Shown here: in pieces, positions 44,312-56,985 of the stretch | Layout of the letters: each line of letters starts with the position of its first letter | Position numbering within the stretch: position 1 is the first letter of the stretch | Assembly (NCBI GenBank): GCA_051294375.1 | Contig: CM119271.1 | Coordinates: 17,155,693-17,219,692, forward strand | DNA: 64,000 nt | DNA from: Paraspadella gotoi | Taxonomy: Eukaryota > Animalia > Chaetognatha | Direction: 5' to 3' | The notes under the pieces: generated by a model | Database searches by the model: none | Told to the model about the DNA's origin: nothing | The model's input: the letters and a program-made list of their open reading frames with translations, nothing else | Made by a program: the position numbers and the translations under genes

Positions 44312-47300
44312 AAGATTTTACGGATTGGTTCATAAGGTTAAATTTATTTGCTGAGATAACTATATCAAAGTTATTCTCATTTATGATACTATACAGCTTT
44401 TAATTTAAATTTTTTATGATAGAAAAAATATTTTAAATTAATTAAATAGTCATTTTTAAATATAAGTGCATTAATAAAAGCTAATACAAATTAAAAAAAT
44501 TATAAAAAGGTTAATTATTTTGGGATATTAACTTTTATTATTTTTTTATCAGTCATTAAGAGCCAGAACAACTTGATTGCTATTTATTTAAATATTACTA
44601 AAATCAATTAAAAAGTAATAAAAAAAGTAAATAAAAAAGATTTAAAAAATTCAATATTGGCATTATAAAGTTTTCTGTAGATAAAAAATATAGAGGTTTT
44701 TTCTATTATCCTGCATCTAATGAAAGAATTTAAAAAAAATTTAATCAATATTAAAAAAAAATATAAATATTAATCTCAATTTAAAACAATATATAATTTA
44801 TTATTTTCTTTGGAAAAACTTACTGAAAAAAATTGGTAGCACGATTTTTTTATGCAATAACTTTCACAATTTGCTTGATTTAATTTTTAAAAAATTATAG
44901 GTATCTCTGAAATGATGCCATAATAATGATTCTAAGTTATTGCGTATTGTGAATACGGGTAAATCAGTAAGCTTTTTTTATAGCATAAGTGGATAGAAAA
45001 AACTATAAAGAGTATAAGAGAGAGAGAGAGAGAGAGAGAAGAGCGAGAGAGAGAAACGAAAATAATCAAAAGCCGGGGTAAATGGTCTGTTTGATTCATC
45101 CGCCTTATATATTTTGTGACCCGGATATCTTATTACTTATCTTTTTTTAAAAGTATGTATCAAATTTTCATGTATTAAGATTATCTGTCGTGTATTATCT
45201 ATCATTACACCTACGCCTTGCATGGCACAATTGAGCAAGAGAGAGAGAGAGAGGGAGAGAGAAGAGGACAGACCAGATACAGTAACACACACACACACAC
45301 ACAGAGAGAGAGAAGAGAGAGAGAGAGACACGCACGAAGTCGCGCCGTGCAAAGTTGCTGATGAGGGCATGCGACATTCTCATCCGCGCATGGCTTCGAA
45401 TTCTCATTCTGATATTTTGACAAGCGCAAGAGGAAAAGAACGCCGGTCCACAAAAAAATTAGCCTCAACCGAGTGAAGAAAAAATGCAAATATCGTGTCA
45501 TCAAATTACTCGCACCAAAAGGATTATCAACATAAATATAAAAAACTACAACAACAAAAATTATTTCGGGGACGGGCCTGCGCATTGTCATTGGATGACT
45601 CAACCTTGGATTTATCCTTTCTCAAAAACTTCCATGAGACAAAGTGCCAAGAAAACCAAGACAAATTCCATTTCTTTCGTGATTAAACTCATTTAAAAAT
45701 TTCGATATCTTCTGCTTCAACACCTCCGCCTGTCTTAAAGCTCAAAGCGCCCGCATTTTTACGAGTTGAGAAGAAACGAAAATACACGTTTCGAAACATG
45801 TCTGCTATACCAAATACAAAATCGTTATGAAAAAACAAAAAAAATATTATTATTTCGTCTAAAATTGATATCATAAGAATTATGGGTCTATATCGAAGAA
45901 TTTGAATAGTGATTAGTCATTATTTTTTGGCAAGAACAATTTTTATCTCTATTTGTAGCAGAAACAAAACTTAACTAATTAGAAAAACTTCAGTTGTTGT
46001 CATACCTAAATATTTATAATGACATTATTTTATTTTTGTATGTAAAAAATATATTTTACTAAATTATAAAATTTTTTATTTTTTACTGTTCAATACTTAA
46101 TTTAGATTTAAGCATCATTAAACAAAGGCTTATAAGACTAATATTTTTTTATATTAACTTAAAAGCATAAAAAACAAACAATAAATTTTATTCTTATAAA
46201 AATATAATGTGTAATAACCATCTTATTATATCCTATTCATACCCCTAGAACATATTGATAAATTATTGATACTTAATTGAATCTTAATTAATAAAATAAT
46301 AAAAAAAATTAAACAAAGTAATAATCTTTTTCTTACTTTATATTTTATATTACTTTAGAGAGAAAGGTCATTCAGGCATAACAATGCGTATCTTTGATGT
46401 ATTAGAGCTATGCATCGAGAAATACATTATAGTTCACAGTAATCACAAAAAAAATATGTTTTATTTAAATGTAAAACACTCTGTTTTCATCATTTTTTTT
46501 ATCGAAAAAACAATTGTTAAGTTAAAATGGGTAAGCACATTTTTTTAAAGATTTAGTTTTCTTCAATCTGATTGGTTAAAAAAAATTCTAGGTAAGAAGT
46601 TAAAAACAAGTAAGGGATAATTAGAAAGGGGGAATAAACATTAATCCTGTGACTCTGTTGGTTTTCCAGTCATGAGAAGATCTTCATGTTAAATAGATGG
46701 TAAAAGAAATTTTAGCATACAATTGAATCTATACGAATTTGGAAGACTTGCAGCCTAAACGACTACAATATATACTTGGAGTTTAAAATTTGATTAGCAA
46801 TCTTAAAAACATTTGTAAAAATGTACATAGAGAGACATTTGATAACGTTTCCAGTTATGAAGAATTCGGGTTAAAGTTGAAAAATGTTTCATTTTCATCA
46901 TACAATTGAAATTAAAAACGTCTCTCTATTCATTTTTTTCGAATTCACTAATAAAGCAATTCATAAAAAATACAGAATGGATTGCTTTTTCGTTTGACCT
47001 GCAACTCTTCAGATAGGATTTCTTTTTTTTTATATTATAATTAAAACCGATATAAAATGGCGTAGATGCAAATCAAAATGTTTAAAGTGAATACATGTCG
47101 GAACGGCAGGCGCTCAAACTTTCTGAATTGTCCTTCATTTGGCCTATTTTGAGTTGAGTTGACATGACCATTTCTTAAAAGAAAGTTTAAACAAATCAGT
47201 CAATACTTTAAATTTTGAATTATTCCTAATTTTAAAAATTTTTGAGAATTAAAATGAAAATAATTTTTAAACTTTACATTAAAACAAGAATAAAATTTGA

Positions 47301-47469
47301 AAAAGATTTACTTCTCACCGATATTTTAAAAAAATTCAGCAACCTGTTATATCAAATTTTAAACACTACTTACTCATGATTGCAGAAAAAATTATATTGT
47401 TAAAACCAACTTAAAGGAGCAAACATTATGAAACGTTTTCAAATTTATAATTTATGCGAGAGTTCGACG

Positions 47470-47509
<40 letters not shown>

Positions 47510-47556
47510 AGAGTCCGAGATTCGAGATCCAAGATTCGAGATTCGAGCACGTGCAG

Positions 47557-47594
<38 letters not shown>

Positions 47595-48040
47595 AGATTC
47601 GAGATTCGAGAATCGACACCGTTTCAGCAGAGAGACGAGAGAGAGAGAGAGAGATTTCGCGATTCGAACGTTCAGAGAGAGAGAGACGAGATAGGGGAAA
47701 GAGAGAGAGGAGAGCACGAGAGTTTCCGAGATTCGAACGTTCAGAGAGAGAGAGAGCAGAGAGAGAGGGGCCAAACATAACTGATCACACAAATCATATA
47801 CATAATAAAAATGATGCTGATCGCACAATTTCATCAAAACTTATATTTAGCTATCACACACTTTCTACCAACACACAAAAATTTTATTCCAATCCATTCG
47901 TCTATCACGAGTAATTCGAGTTCTTTGCTAAAGGGGGTTGATGGATGGACAGACATAACATTTTTTGTGATATAATTTATCAATTCAATGTGTTGACATG
48001 TATAAGTGAAATGACGCGAAAGATTCAATGGGCGGACTGA
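41748..48040. repeat. unit D: essentially exact copy of 35429-41722 (offset 6319), probably an assembly artefact
   Basis: ORFs recur with identical translations at +6319, including microsatellite lengths and apparent read errors. Only the last ~150 nt differ. Confidence 0.9.
47835..48040 (-). mobile_element. inverted 5' fragment of the Helentron-like family (also at 41516-41722)
   Basis: The reverse complement matches ~14645-14875 (CACTTAT..CATGTCA..., TTAGCAAA.AACTC.AATTACTCGTGAT, TTTTGTGTGT.GGTAG). Confidence 0.7.
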
Positions 48041-48134
48041 TAAGATTGATAAAGGTTGAATATAGAGTGTATATATTTAAACATGTTCCGTAACTATGTC
48101 TTATAACCATTAAGGCAGAACAAAGTAAAAAACT

Positions 48135-48305
48135 GAGAGTTCTGTAATATAAATAACGTTAGAGCATCCCCATGGAATAACCAAATTTAAAAAAATTTAA
48201 GATTTTATGTATAGTTAATAACATAGAATTTTTAAAAACGGATTCAGATCGAGCTTTAAAAAATTAATAAAAATTATTATTACAGGATTTCCAAATTTTA
48301 GAAAA
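48135..48305 (-). repeat. dispersed inverted copy of the 19.5-21.9-kb satellite monomer
   Basis: GAGTTCTGTAATATAAATAACGTTAGAGCATCCC...GATTTCCAAATTT is the reverse complement of AAATTTGGAAATC...GGGATGCTCTAACGTTATTTATATTACAGAACTC. Confidence 0.75.
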
Positions 48306-50358
48306 AAAATGAAAAGGTTAACGGTAAATTTAAGATCAATTTACCCCTGAATCAAATAGCCGTGCAGTTCGCTGGTTTGAAGGCTAAAGCTAAAGCCTGC
48401 TGACTTTCGATTATAAAAAAGAGATTTATGACAAAAAGATTAGACAGAAAGGAGTGGATAGTGCCGCGGCGGAAAAAATCAGTATGAGGGTCTATGTAAA
48501 AAGTTTATATTTTCAAAATGTACAATATACTAAATCATGTTCATTACGTAGTCAAAGACTTTTCATGTATCTCGTTGAATTGTCAAAAAAAAGTTTGAAT
48601 CCACGCGACTTAAAGTTTTTTTCCGTTAATCACCCTCACGTCAAATTCACAGACAAAAGAATGTTACACAAAATGCCACCAGCCCTTAAAGGGAAATATA
48701 TGGCAAATTTTAGAGAAAAAAAGAAGGGCGAATAATTTTATATTCCGTCGTCCGCTCATCATTTTGACGAATAATCTTGTAAATACATGTAAGTTTTTAG
48801 ATATATTTTATTTTGTATCTTGCCAATTCAATGTTCTATATTGATTTGATTAAATTTTTTTTTTTAAATATATTGTTTGCATATATTTAAATTATAATCG
48901 CTTAAATTCTGTTTTTTTTTATTTTATTAAACCTATTTAAAAACGACGATAGAGCGACCTATTCCATAGTGATGCAGTAGACGGCATTGTTTTTTTTTTT
49001 TTCGATTCGGTTTTCCTTGTCGCCTGAGAGAGAGAGAGAAGGAGAGAGAGAGAGAGAGACGATCCAACGGATTCGAACGGGTCTGCAGAGAGAGAGAGAG
49101 AGAGAGACGTAATTCTCGCGTCGAACCTCGTCATCCATCAATTTTAAAACTTTTTTACCTAATCAAAAAAAAAAAATGCTTCGAAGATCGTTATCGCTGT
49201 CTCGATCGGTTACGAGACGATTCCGCGAATGAAAAATATGAGAGAAAAAAATTTATTTACCGGCCAAATTTGGTTTCTTAAAAAAAATATTTTCATGGTA
49301 GTTGAACAACTTTTGATTTTATAATTTTGATATTAAAAAAAGAAATTGAACCAACTTAATAATTTTTCTTTTTATTAATATTATAAGTAATTAGGTGTAT
49401 ATTTGCTAAATAATACAAAGAAAAAGATCATATTGTAATTTCTGAAAAAGATAAATCAATTCTTTTTTATTATTTTTGGAATAAAAGCATTTTTAAAATT
49501 TTTCAAAAAAGGGCGGACGCAAATGCGGTATGAGATTTAATTAACTGATTAGTAATAAGATGTATCATTAGGACATAAAGTCTGGGCGTTTTTACTGAAA
49601 ATCCCGGTTGAAATTGTGTTTTTACTATGTTTTTCATATCATACATAGTGACATAATATAAAAATCTTTTTTTTATTTGTTAACAAACTAGACAAAGAGC
49701 TTTAATCATAACAAAGTCAAATAATTTTTCTCTTCCACCATCTGGGTGAAACTAACCTCTCAAAGACTCACCCAAAATAGAGATTTGCTTATAACTTGAG
49801 AAAGAATAATTTTTGGAAACTGTTATCTTACATAAGACTTTGTACCATTACTATGGAAAGACTGAATATGCATTTATGCCCGTATGTTCAGGTGGCTTTT
49901 ATCCGGTTTTAATTTTTTTTTTGGATCACTGTGCCCCACCCTTTCTCCTGGTTTTTTTCAAGAAATTAGCTGCGTGGGGGTGGCTCGAACCAAAGATCGC
50001 TGATCGAAGAAAAAGAAAGAAAAATATTTTTTTTAATTTTTACATTTCTATCATTTATTATTAATAACGCGGGAAACTATACAGAGAAACGAAAAGAAAA
50101 TCGGAAAAACATTTTTTTTCAAGATTCGGGAACTCGAAATACAATACATTACAATTATATTTACATTACAACTATATTTACAATACAATCACATTTTTTA
50201 TCTTTATTATTAATGCGGGGAAAGGAAAAAGAGAACGGAAAACATTTTTTTAAAGACCCCCCGATGCAAAATACAACAATACAAAGAAATATTAGTAGAT
50301 AATTTTGTTAAAGAGAGACAAGCGTGGGGGGAATAGTGACAATTTTTTTATTTTTTAG

Positions 50359-50502
50359 TTAACGATGGCGTCCCGAGTAAGAGGCGACTTTGGCGTCCGC
50401 GGCGAGTTCTTCTTCTTCAACTTCGTCGTACGTCTCCGGATCGTCGTCGTCGTCTATGAAGAGGGCGCGGTCCTCGTCCTCTTCTTCGTCTTCCTCGTCT
50501 TC
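50359..50502 (-). CDS. acidic C-terminal end of an unidentified gene, 5' part lost in the gap
   Basis: Open frame from the gap edge reads EDEEDEEEDEDRALFIDDDDDPETYDEVEEEELAADAKVASYSGRHR*. It is GC-rich and followed by AT-rich UTR-like sequence. Confidence 0.5.
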   Translation of the reverse strand, partial: EDEEDEEEDEDRALFIDDDDDPETYDEVEEEELAADAKVASYSGRHR

Positions 50503-50602
50503 NNNNNNNNNNNNNNNNNNNNNNNNNNNNNNNNNNNNNNNNNNNNNNNNNNNNNNNNNNNNNNNNNNNNNNNNNNNNNNNNNNNNNNNNNNNNNNNNNN
50601 NN

Positions 50603-53600
50603 TAAAATAATTAGCATAGCAATTCGACAAAATATTATGACAAATCTTTGCGCAAGAATTAAAACGATTAAATTATTTTGATTTTTAATTTTTTTAAATT
50701 TCTCTTTGTTTCTATGTTATTCATCCCAGCGGAACATTTTTTAAACAAAAGGCACTTCAATTGTTTTGAGCAAAAACGTTTTCAAATTTCTGAGAATTAG
50801 TTACATAAACATTTGGTATTGAAATAAAAAGAAACAACAGTTTAGAGAAACATCTCCATAGAGGATGCCTCCAATTTTACGTTCGTTGTGCGTTATGCCT
50901 CTTGGGGAAGTAAAATTCAGCGCTACGTTAGAATTTCCGCCGGGCGTTCTTCCTTTGGAATTGCATGTCATACAGGTAAGAGAATTCGCTTTTATCAGCA
51001 ATTGTATTACCTTAACTCATACTTTATTGTGACTANNNNNNNNNNTAGGCCATGCTCTATTATCATCGACAAAAAGAAAATCTCGCAGAAGCAATAAGAA
51101 TGATTGCGCTTAACCTCATAGATCATTGGATTTATTGTAACGTCTATCCAAAGTCATACAAAAGTATTAAAATACAAATTTCAAAGCTGTACGATGAATT
51201 TCGAACTTTTCAAAGGACTCCTACGTCACGACGAGATGAAAAATGGAAATCGAACCTTCAAATTTTTTACAACCGTATCTCGGCCCGACTTTTTGAAATC
51301 TTCTGTGAGGATAAAAATAGCAGAAAGCGACAGGAAAGTTTTTACGGCGTCACCATGACCGAGGTGGAGATGAATTTTTTACAGGACCAAAGAAGTGAAC
51401 GGAAAATGTTTTGCGACAGTTTCGTTGACCGTCAATGGAAGAGAAGTGCAGAGAGAAAGGAGAAAGAATTGAAGTCGCTCGAGAAGAGAGAAAAGGCTGA
51501 GGCCGCTCACGAAGAAAACTTAAAAAAAGTTGAATTGACCGACGAAATGGTTGAAGAGTTTTCTCAGCCTTCAACTTCATCTCAAAATTCTGATGAAACG
51601 TTTATTTTGGACGAGATAGAGCAGCCATTTTCCAAGCGACGAAAGATAACTAAAGAGTCAGACGGCGAGAGTGAGATTCCAGAAAAATTTCGCCATTTAC
51701 GTAAATCAATCAAACGAGTCAAAGAAGAATATTATGAAACAATAGTTACTTTAAAATCAAAATATCATTGTTCTGATGTTCAAGCGGTTGCGGGTGTTGT
51801 TTTAACAGCCAGGAATCTTTTTTGTCTGCCATGGAAATTCCATGAAGAAGATAAAAATACAATCGATCTTGATACAGCGCCAGATTCGGCTAACAATCGA
51901 CGTGAAACTCGCGTGCGGCAACTATTTGCTCTAGATCAAATAGTAGAAAAAATAATTAATTCTGATTCCAAGACCTCAATTACATACCACGACGATGGCT
52001 CAAAAAAGCAGGGAACAGGTTCGTTTTCGGTCCAAGGAATAACTGTTGATGGTGTTTATTTTCCGCTTCCAACGTTGTCAATTGCTAATGAAACTAGAAC
52101 GAATTTGAAAGAATTAAAAAAAACTATTTTAACAATTTTGTCGGCGGTAAGTGGAGTTTCGATAGAGTTTCTTTTTAATAAATTGGATTTTGTAATGACT
52201 GATTCTACCGCTCATAATCTTGAGGTCGAAAAATTGTTAGCTGAAGAGCTCCAACTTGATCATGTACCTAACCACTTACTATGCCATGTCCATCCCGTAT
52301 TAATGTTTAATCGGAAAATGGATTCAGTATTTAAAGAAATTGAACAATCTATAGGACCAGAAAAAATTTTTGCCGCTTTCAATGTGACGCCGAATTCGCA
52401 TGATTCAATCATTACTCAGTTTTTGGACTGCTCTTCCCGTCTTGTGTCTCATGATTTCGACCATAAAGCTTGGAATAAAGCAAATGAGTTTGACATTCAT
52501 ATCGCGCCGAAAAAAAATGTCTCTGTCCGGTTGGCATCGGAAAGATTTACTCGTTTTCCTTTTCTTTGCGCCGTAATAATTCACCATGACAAAGATATTG
52601 TTTCATTTTTACAAAAATTTGACTACGTCACGAATAATTTAGCCTGTATTGTTCGTTGCTTTGAGGATGTAGAATTTTTGCGAGTTTTTTGCGTCGTTGG
52701 AGCTCTTCTTGGGAATCCATTTAATAGAACCATTGCAAAGCTTACTTCTTCTTCAAAAAACGACATCAAGGATTTAAATACTGTTTTCCACAATTATACT
52801 CAAACCTTTTAAGTGTTCCAGCGGAAAATTATTTGCAGCATAATGAGCCTGCTCTTGACTTTATTTCTACTTCAATTTTCAAAGAAGTTAAGTACGAAAA
52901 AGAAATTTTAGATTCAATTTTCTCGGCCGCCGAACATTACCGAGTTGAAGTAATCAAACTTTTAACGAATTATTGCAAAACGATTAGCTGATGGCTGGCA
53001 GAAGCAGAGGGGTGATGTATTTTCTTTTGGAGAATTCAAACCAAGTGATCTTTCTGTTAAAAATATGGATGAACAGAAATTAAATTCGGCACCAGTTAAC
53101 AACTTAGATGCTGAGCGCTCCGTAGGTTCTATTAATTATGAGCTGAAAATCCGTGGTGCTAAAAATCTTTCCACAGCTTCAACAGCACATGTTCTTGGAA
53201 AGTCAATACATCTGACACAAGGAAAACAAATTTCGAGTTCATTTCGTCAGATTGGAGAGTAAAAAAAGTATTGCCTGCTATCGTTTCAGAATGGGAAAAC
53301 AAACAGATTCAATTACAAAAAGAAGGATTTAGCCAAAAAGAAATCCAGCAAGTTAGCTTGGACCGACGTCGAAACGCAGATCTCGTAAAGTTGAAAGTCA
53401 TGGGAGGCCCGTTCGTTTCTAGTGAGGAAGTTAGACTATACGTAACTAGTTCTGTTTCTGAAGAGGAGAAAGTTGAAAGACTGTATTTTGAGGTTCGTTA
53501 CGCACGTGATTCCTGCGTTTCCTTTCCCAAAAACTCACAAATTTTTCGTTTGAAACAGAATTACAAAAAACTAACCTCTCAAGCATACAGTGATAACCTT

Positions 53601-54098
53601 ATGATTTACTTTGACAAAGTTACATATAGAAAACATGTCGAAATGAGTGACTTTGTTCATGTTCTTGATTGTTTAAATTTAAAACCATGACCTGATTCTT
53701 TAGTAAGCAATAATATTCAGTAAGCCTTTGCTCTTTATTTTTTTGCTTGTAGCTAAGTAGTTAGCGTATTTAGATAAGAATTAAATAGTAATTATGTTAT
53801 GAAAATGTGTTATTAAGAATTGTTAACGAGAATAGTTTAGTTTGAACTAGTTTAGCAATAATAATTATCGTTATTTATCATAATTCATCGAAAACTTCAA
53901 TGTTTAAAAAAATTTTAGTTGGTTCGACCTAATTTGCATATTATGGTAAATTTATTCGTAATGCGCAAAGATTTGAAAAAATTTTGTTAGCTGAATGGAG
54001 CTTAAAAATCTTGTAATTATACTATTACGTCATTTAAATACGTCCTCAGTCGGAAAATAAACGTAAATCTTTTTATTTAACGTTTGCTCCTCCCCCTA
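50603..54098 (+). mobile_element. second copy of the hATw/hATm-like transposon (left end lost in the gap)
   Basis: Near-identical to 30107-33604. The right end is GCTCCTCCCCCTA and the downstream flank is the same as for copy 1. Confidence 0.9.
50865..53690 (+). CDS. spliced DDE transposase of roughly 900 aa (exon 1 50865-50975, exon 2 51049-53690 with a few frameshifts after ~52710)
   Basis: Exon 1 MPPILRS...LPLELHVIQ, then a GTAAG...TAG intron containing an in-frame stop, then the 586-aa ORF with TYHDDGS (D1), FVMTDSTAHN (D2) and LCHVH (CxxH). PVNNLDAERSVG (E) is in ORF 53065-53262 and the C-terminus is in 53271-53690. Confidence 0.85.
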
Positions 54099-54290
54099 GC
54101 TTAATCCGACTGATTGTTGACATTGATGGGTTTAAGGTTCTTTAAGCATTTATCAAGCTTCTTTATATAATTTTCGCGTTTTGTACGTATTTATTTTTTT
54201 AATTTATGCTAATAAATAATTCATTAATACAAAAGATATTTTTATATTAAAACCAAATACAGACTGGGAGAGACGAAGGCACGAAAGCAT

Positions 54291-54323
<33 letters not shown>

Positions 54324-56985
54324 CGAGAGAAAGATTTACAGATTTGTTTCATATAGTTTAAGATTCTTATTTTCTGAAGATAACTATTGTCAAAGTTATT
54401 CTCATTTGTGATACTATATTTTAATTAAATTTTTTACGTAGAAAAATATTTTTAATATGAATATAGAATTAGTAAATTTTTAAATATAAGTGCATTAAAA
54501 AAAGCTAAATACATATATTAAAAAAAATTAATAAAAAGGGTAATATTTGATATTTAAAATTTTTATTATTTCTTGTTGCGAGTGATTAAAATTCATTAAG
54601 CCCAGAACAACTGATTGCTATTTATTTAAATATTACTAAATCAATTAAAAAGTAATATAAATAAAAAGTAAATAAAAAATTTAAAAATTCAATAATGGCA
54701 TTATAAAATTCTGTACGATAAAATATTAAGGTTTTTCTTATTATCCTGCATCTAATGAAAAGAATTAAAAAAAATTTTAATCAATATTATAAAAATATTA
54801 ATGTCAATATTAAAAAATATATAATTTATTATTGATCTTCTCTTTGAAAAATACTGAAAAAAAATTGTTACCGATTTTTTTATGCCAATAAACTTTAACA
54901 ATTTGCTTGGATTTAATTTTTAAAAATTAAGGTATCCTCTGAAATGATCCATTAATATGAATTTAAGTTATTCGATATTGTATAGCGATCAGTAAGCTTT
55001 TTTTAGCATAAGTGATAGAAGAAAACTTAGTAAAAGTATAGACGAGAGTAGAGCAGAGAGAGAAGAGAGAGCAGAGAGGAGAGAGAAAGAGAAACGAGAA
55101 AATAATCAAAAGCCGGGGTAATGGCTCTTTTGATTCATCTGCCATAATGGGCCGGCGAATACTGCAACAAAAGTATGTATTCAAACAAATGTATCATGTA
55201 TATATTATCTGTCGTGTATTTATCTTCATATACCCCCTACAGCCTTGGCATGCACACGCAGAGAAGATGAGAGAGACAGACAGATACATACATCACACAC
55301 ACACGCACAGAAGAGAGAAGACGAGAGAGAGCAGCACTGCGCGACCGTAAAAAGTTTCTGAATGAAGGGCAATGCCGACATTGTCTCGTCCCGCATGCTT
55401 CGAATTCTCATTCTGAATATTTCGGACAACCAAGAGGAAGAACGCCCGTGCCCAACCAAAATTACCTCAACCCGAGTAAAGAAAAAATGCAAAAATCTGT
55501 CATCAATACTCGTCCCCAAATAAGAATTCTCTTATAAACTAAAATAAAAACTACAATCAAACAAAATTATTCGGTACGCCCCTTGTCATGAACTCCCTTG
55601 GATTTATCCCCCTTTCCTCAAAATATTTCATGAGACCAAAGTGGCCAAGAAGAACCAAGAAATTCTTTCTTTCGTGATTCAAACCCGCATTTAAAATTTC
55701 GCGATTTATCTTCTGCTTCACAACCTCCGCTTGTCTTAACGCCTGCAAAGCGCCCCATTTTAGCGAGTTTGACTGAAGAACGAAATACAGCAGTTCGAAC
55801 ATGTCTGCCTATACAAATAAAATCTCATTAGGAAAAACCTAAAAAAAATAATTATATTTGCTCTAAAAAATTGATCCATGCATAAAGCTTATGACCAAAA
55901 AAAAGAAAAAAAAAAAAAATATCATCGAAGGAATTGACAATAGTGATAGTCATTATTTTTTGGTAAAGGAAAGTAGCCCGAACACAATTTTTTAATCTGC
56001 TTATATTGTAGCAGAGCAAACAAAAATTTAATAATTAGAAAAAAATTCAGTTGTTCATACCCTTAAATATTTATATGATCCATTATTTTATTTTTGTATA
56101 AAAAAAAATTTTGCTAAAGATTTATAAATTTTTTTTTATTAAGCTGCTTCAAAACTATAATTTTAGATTTTAAGCGCATCATGTGAAAGCAAAGGCTTTA
56201 TAAGACTAATATTTTTATCATTAACTTAAAAGCATAATAAAACAAGATAATTTTATCTATAAAAATATTAATGTTAATAACCATTTATTATATTCATAGT
56301 TCATCCCGCTAAACATATTGAATAAATTATATTGATAGACTGTAATTGATATACTTAATTATAATAATTAGAAAAATTTAACAAAATAGTATAAATTCTT
56401 TGTGTGTCTTGCTTTTATATTTATATTAAATTTTTAAAAAGAAAATATTTAGACTGAAATAACATGTTTTAGTTTTTCCACAGACGAATTTTTATTTGTA
56501 TGGGTAGCAGACATTATGTTTCGAACGTGTATTTCGTTTCATCATCAGTGCTGAACGAAATACACGTTCGAAACATGTCCTGCTACCATACAAATAAAAA
56601 TTCGTTCGTGAAAAACTAAAATTCGTTATTTCGCGTCTAATCATTCTACCAACGAAAAGAAAGATTTACAAACAAAAAAAGAAACAGTTTAAACAAATGC
56701 AGTCAAATACTTTAAATTTTGATTCATTCCTAATTTTTTAAAATTTTTGCAGGATAAAAATGAAAAATGATTTTTAAAAAATTACATTTAAAAACAAAAT
56801 TAAATTTCAAGAAAGATTTTCTTCTCCCGATTTTTTTTTTAAAAAATTAAGCAAACCTGATTATATCAAATTTCTTTAATTACTTTCGCCTAATGATCAG
56901 AAAAAAATTATATTTCGTCTTAAAACCAGACCTAAGGAGCAACATTATGAAACGTTTCAAATTTATAAATTTATGCAGATGTCCT
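54099..56985. repeat. macro-repeat unit E, downstream half
   Basis: Colinear with 33605-35403, 37770-41140 and 23040-24945. Confidence 0.85.
56449..56680. mobile_element. palindromic Penelope pLTR-like insertion with hammerhead
   Basis: ~90-bp inverted arms (56449-56540 / 56552-56640). The minus arm reads gcaCTGATGAt-gaaacg[aaataca]cgttc-GAAAcat(aat)gTCtgc. The plus arm starts at stem II and lacks the core. The block is absent from unit A. Confidence 0.7.
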
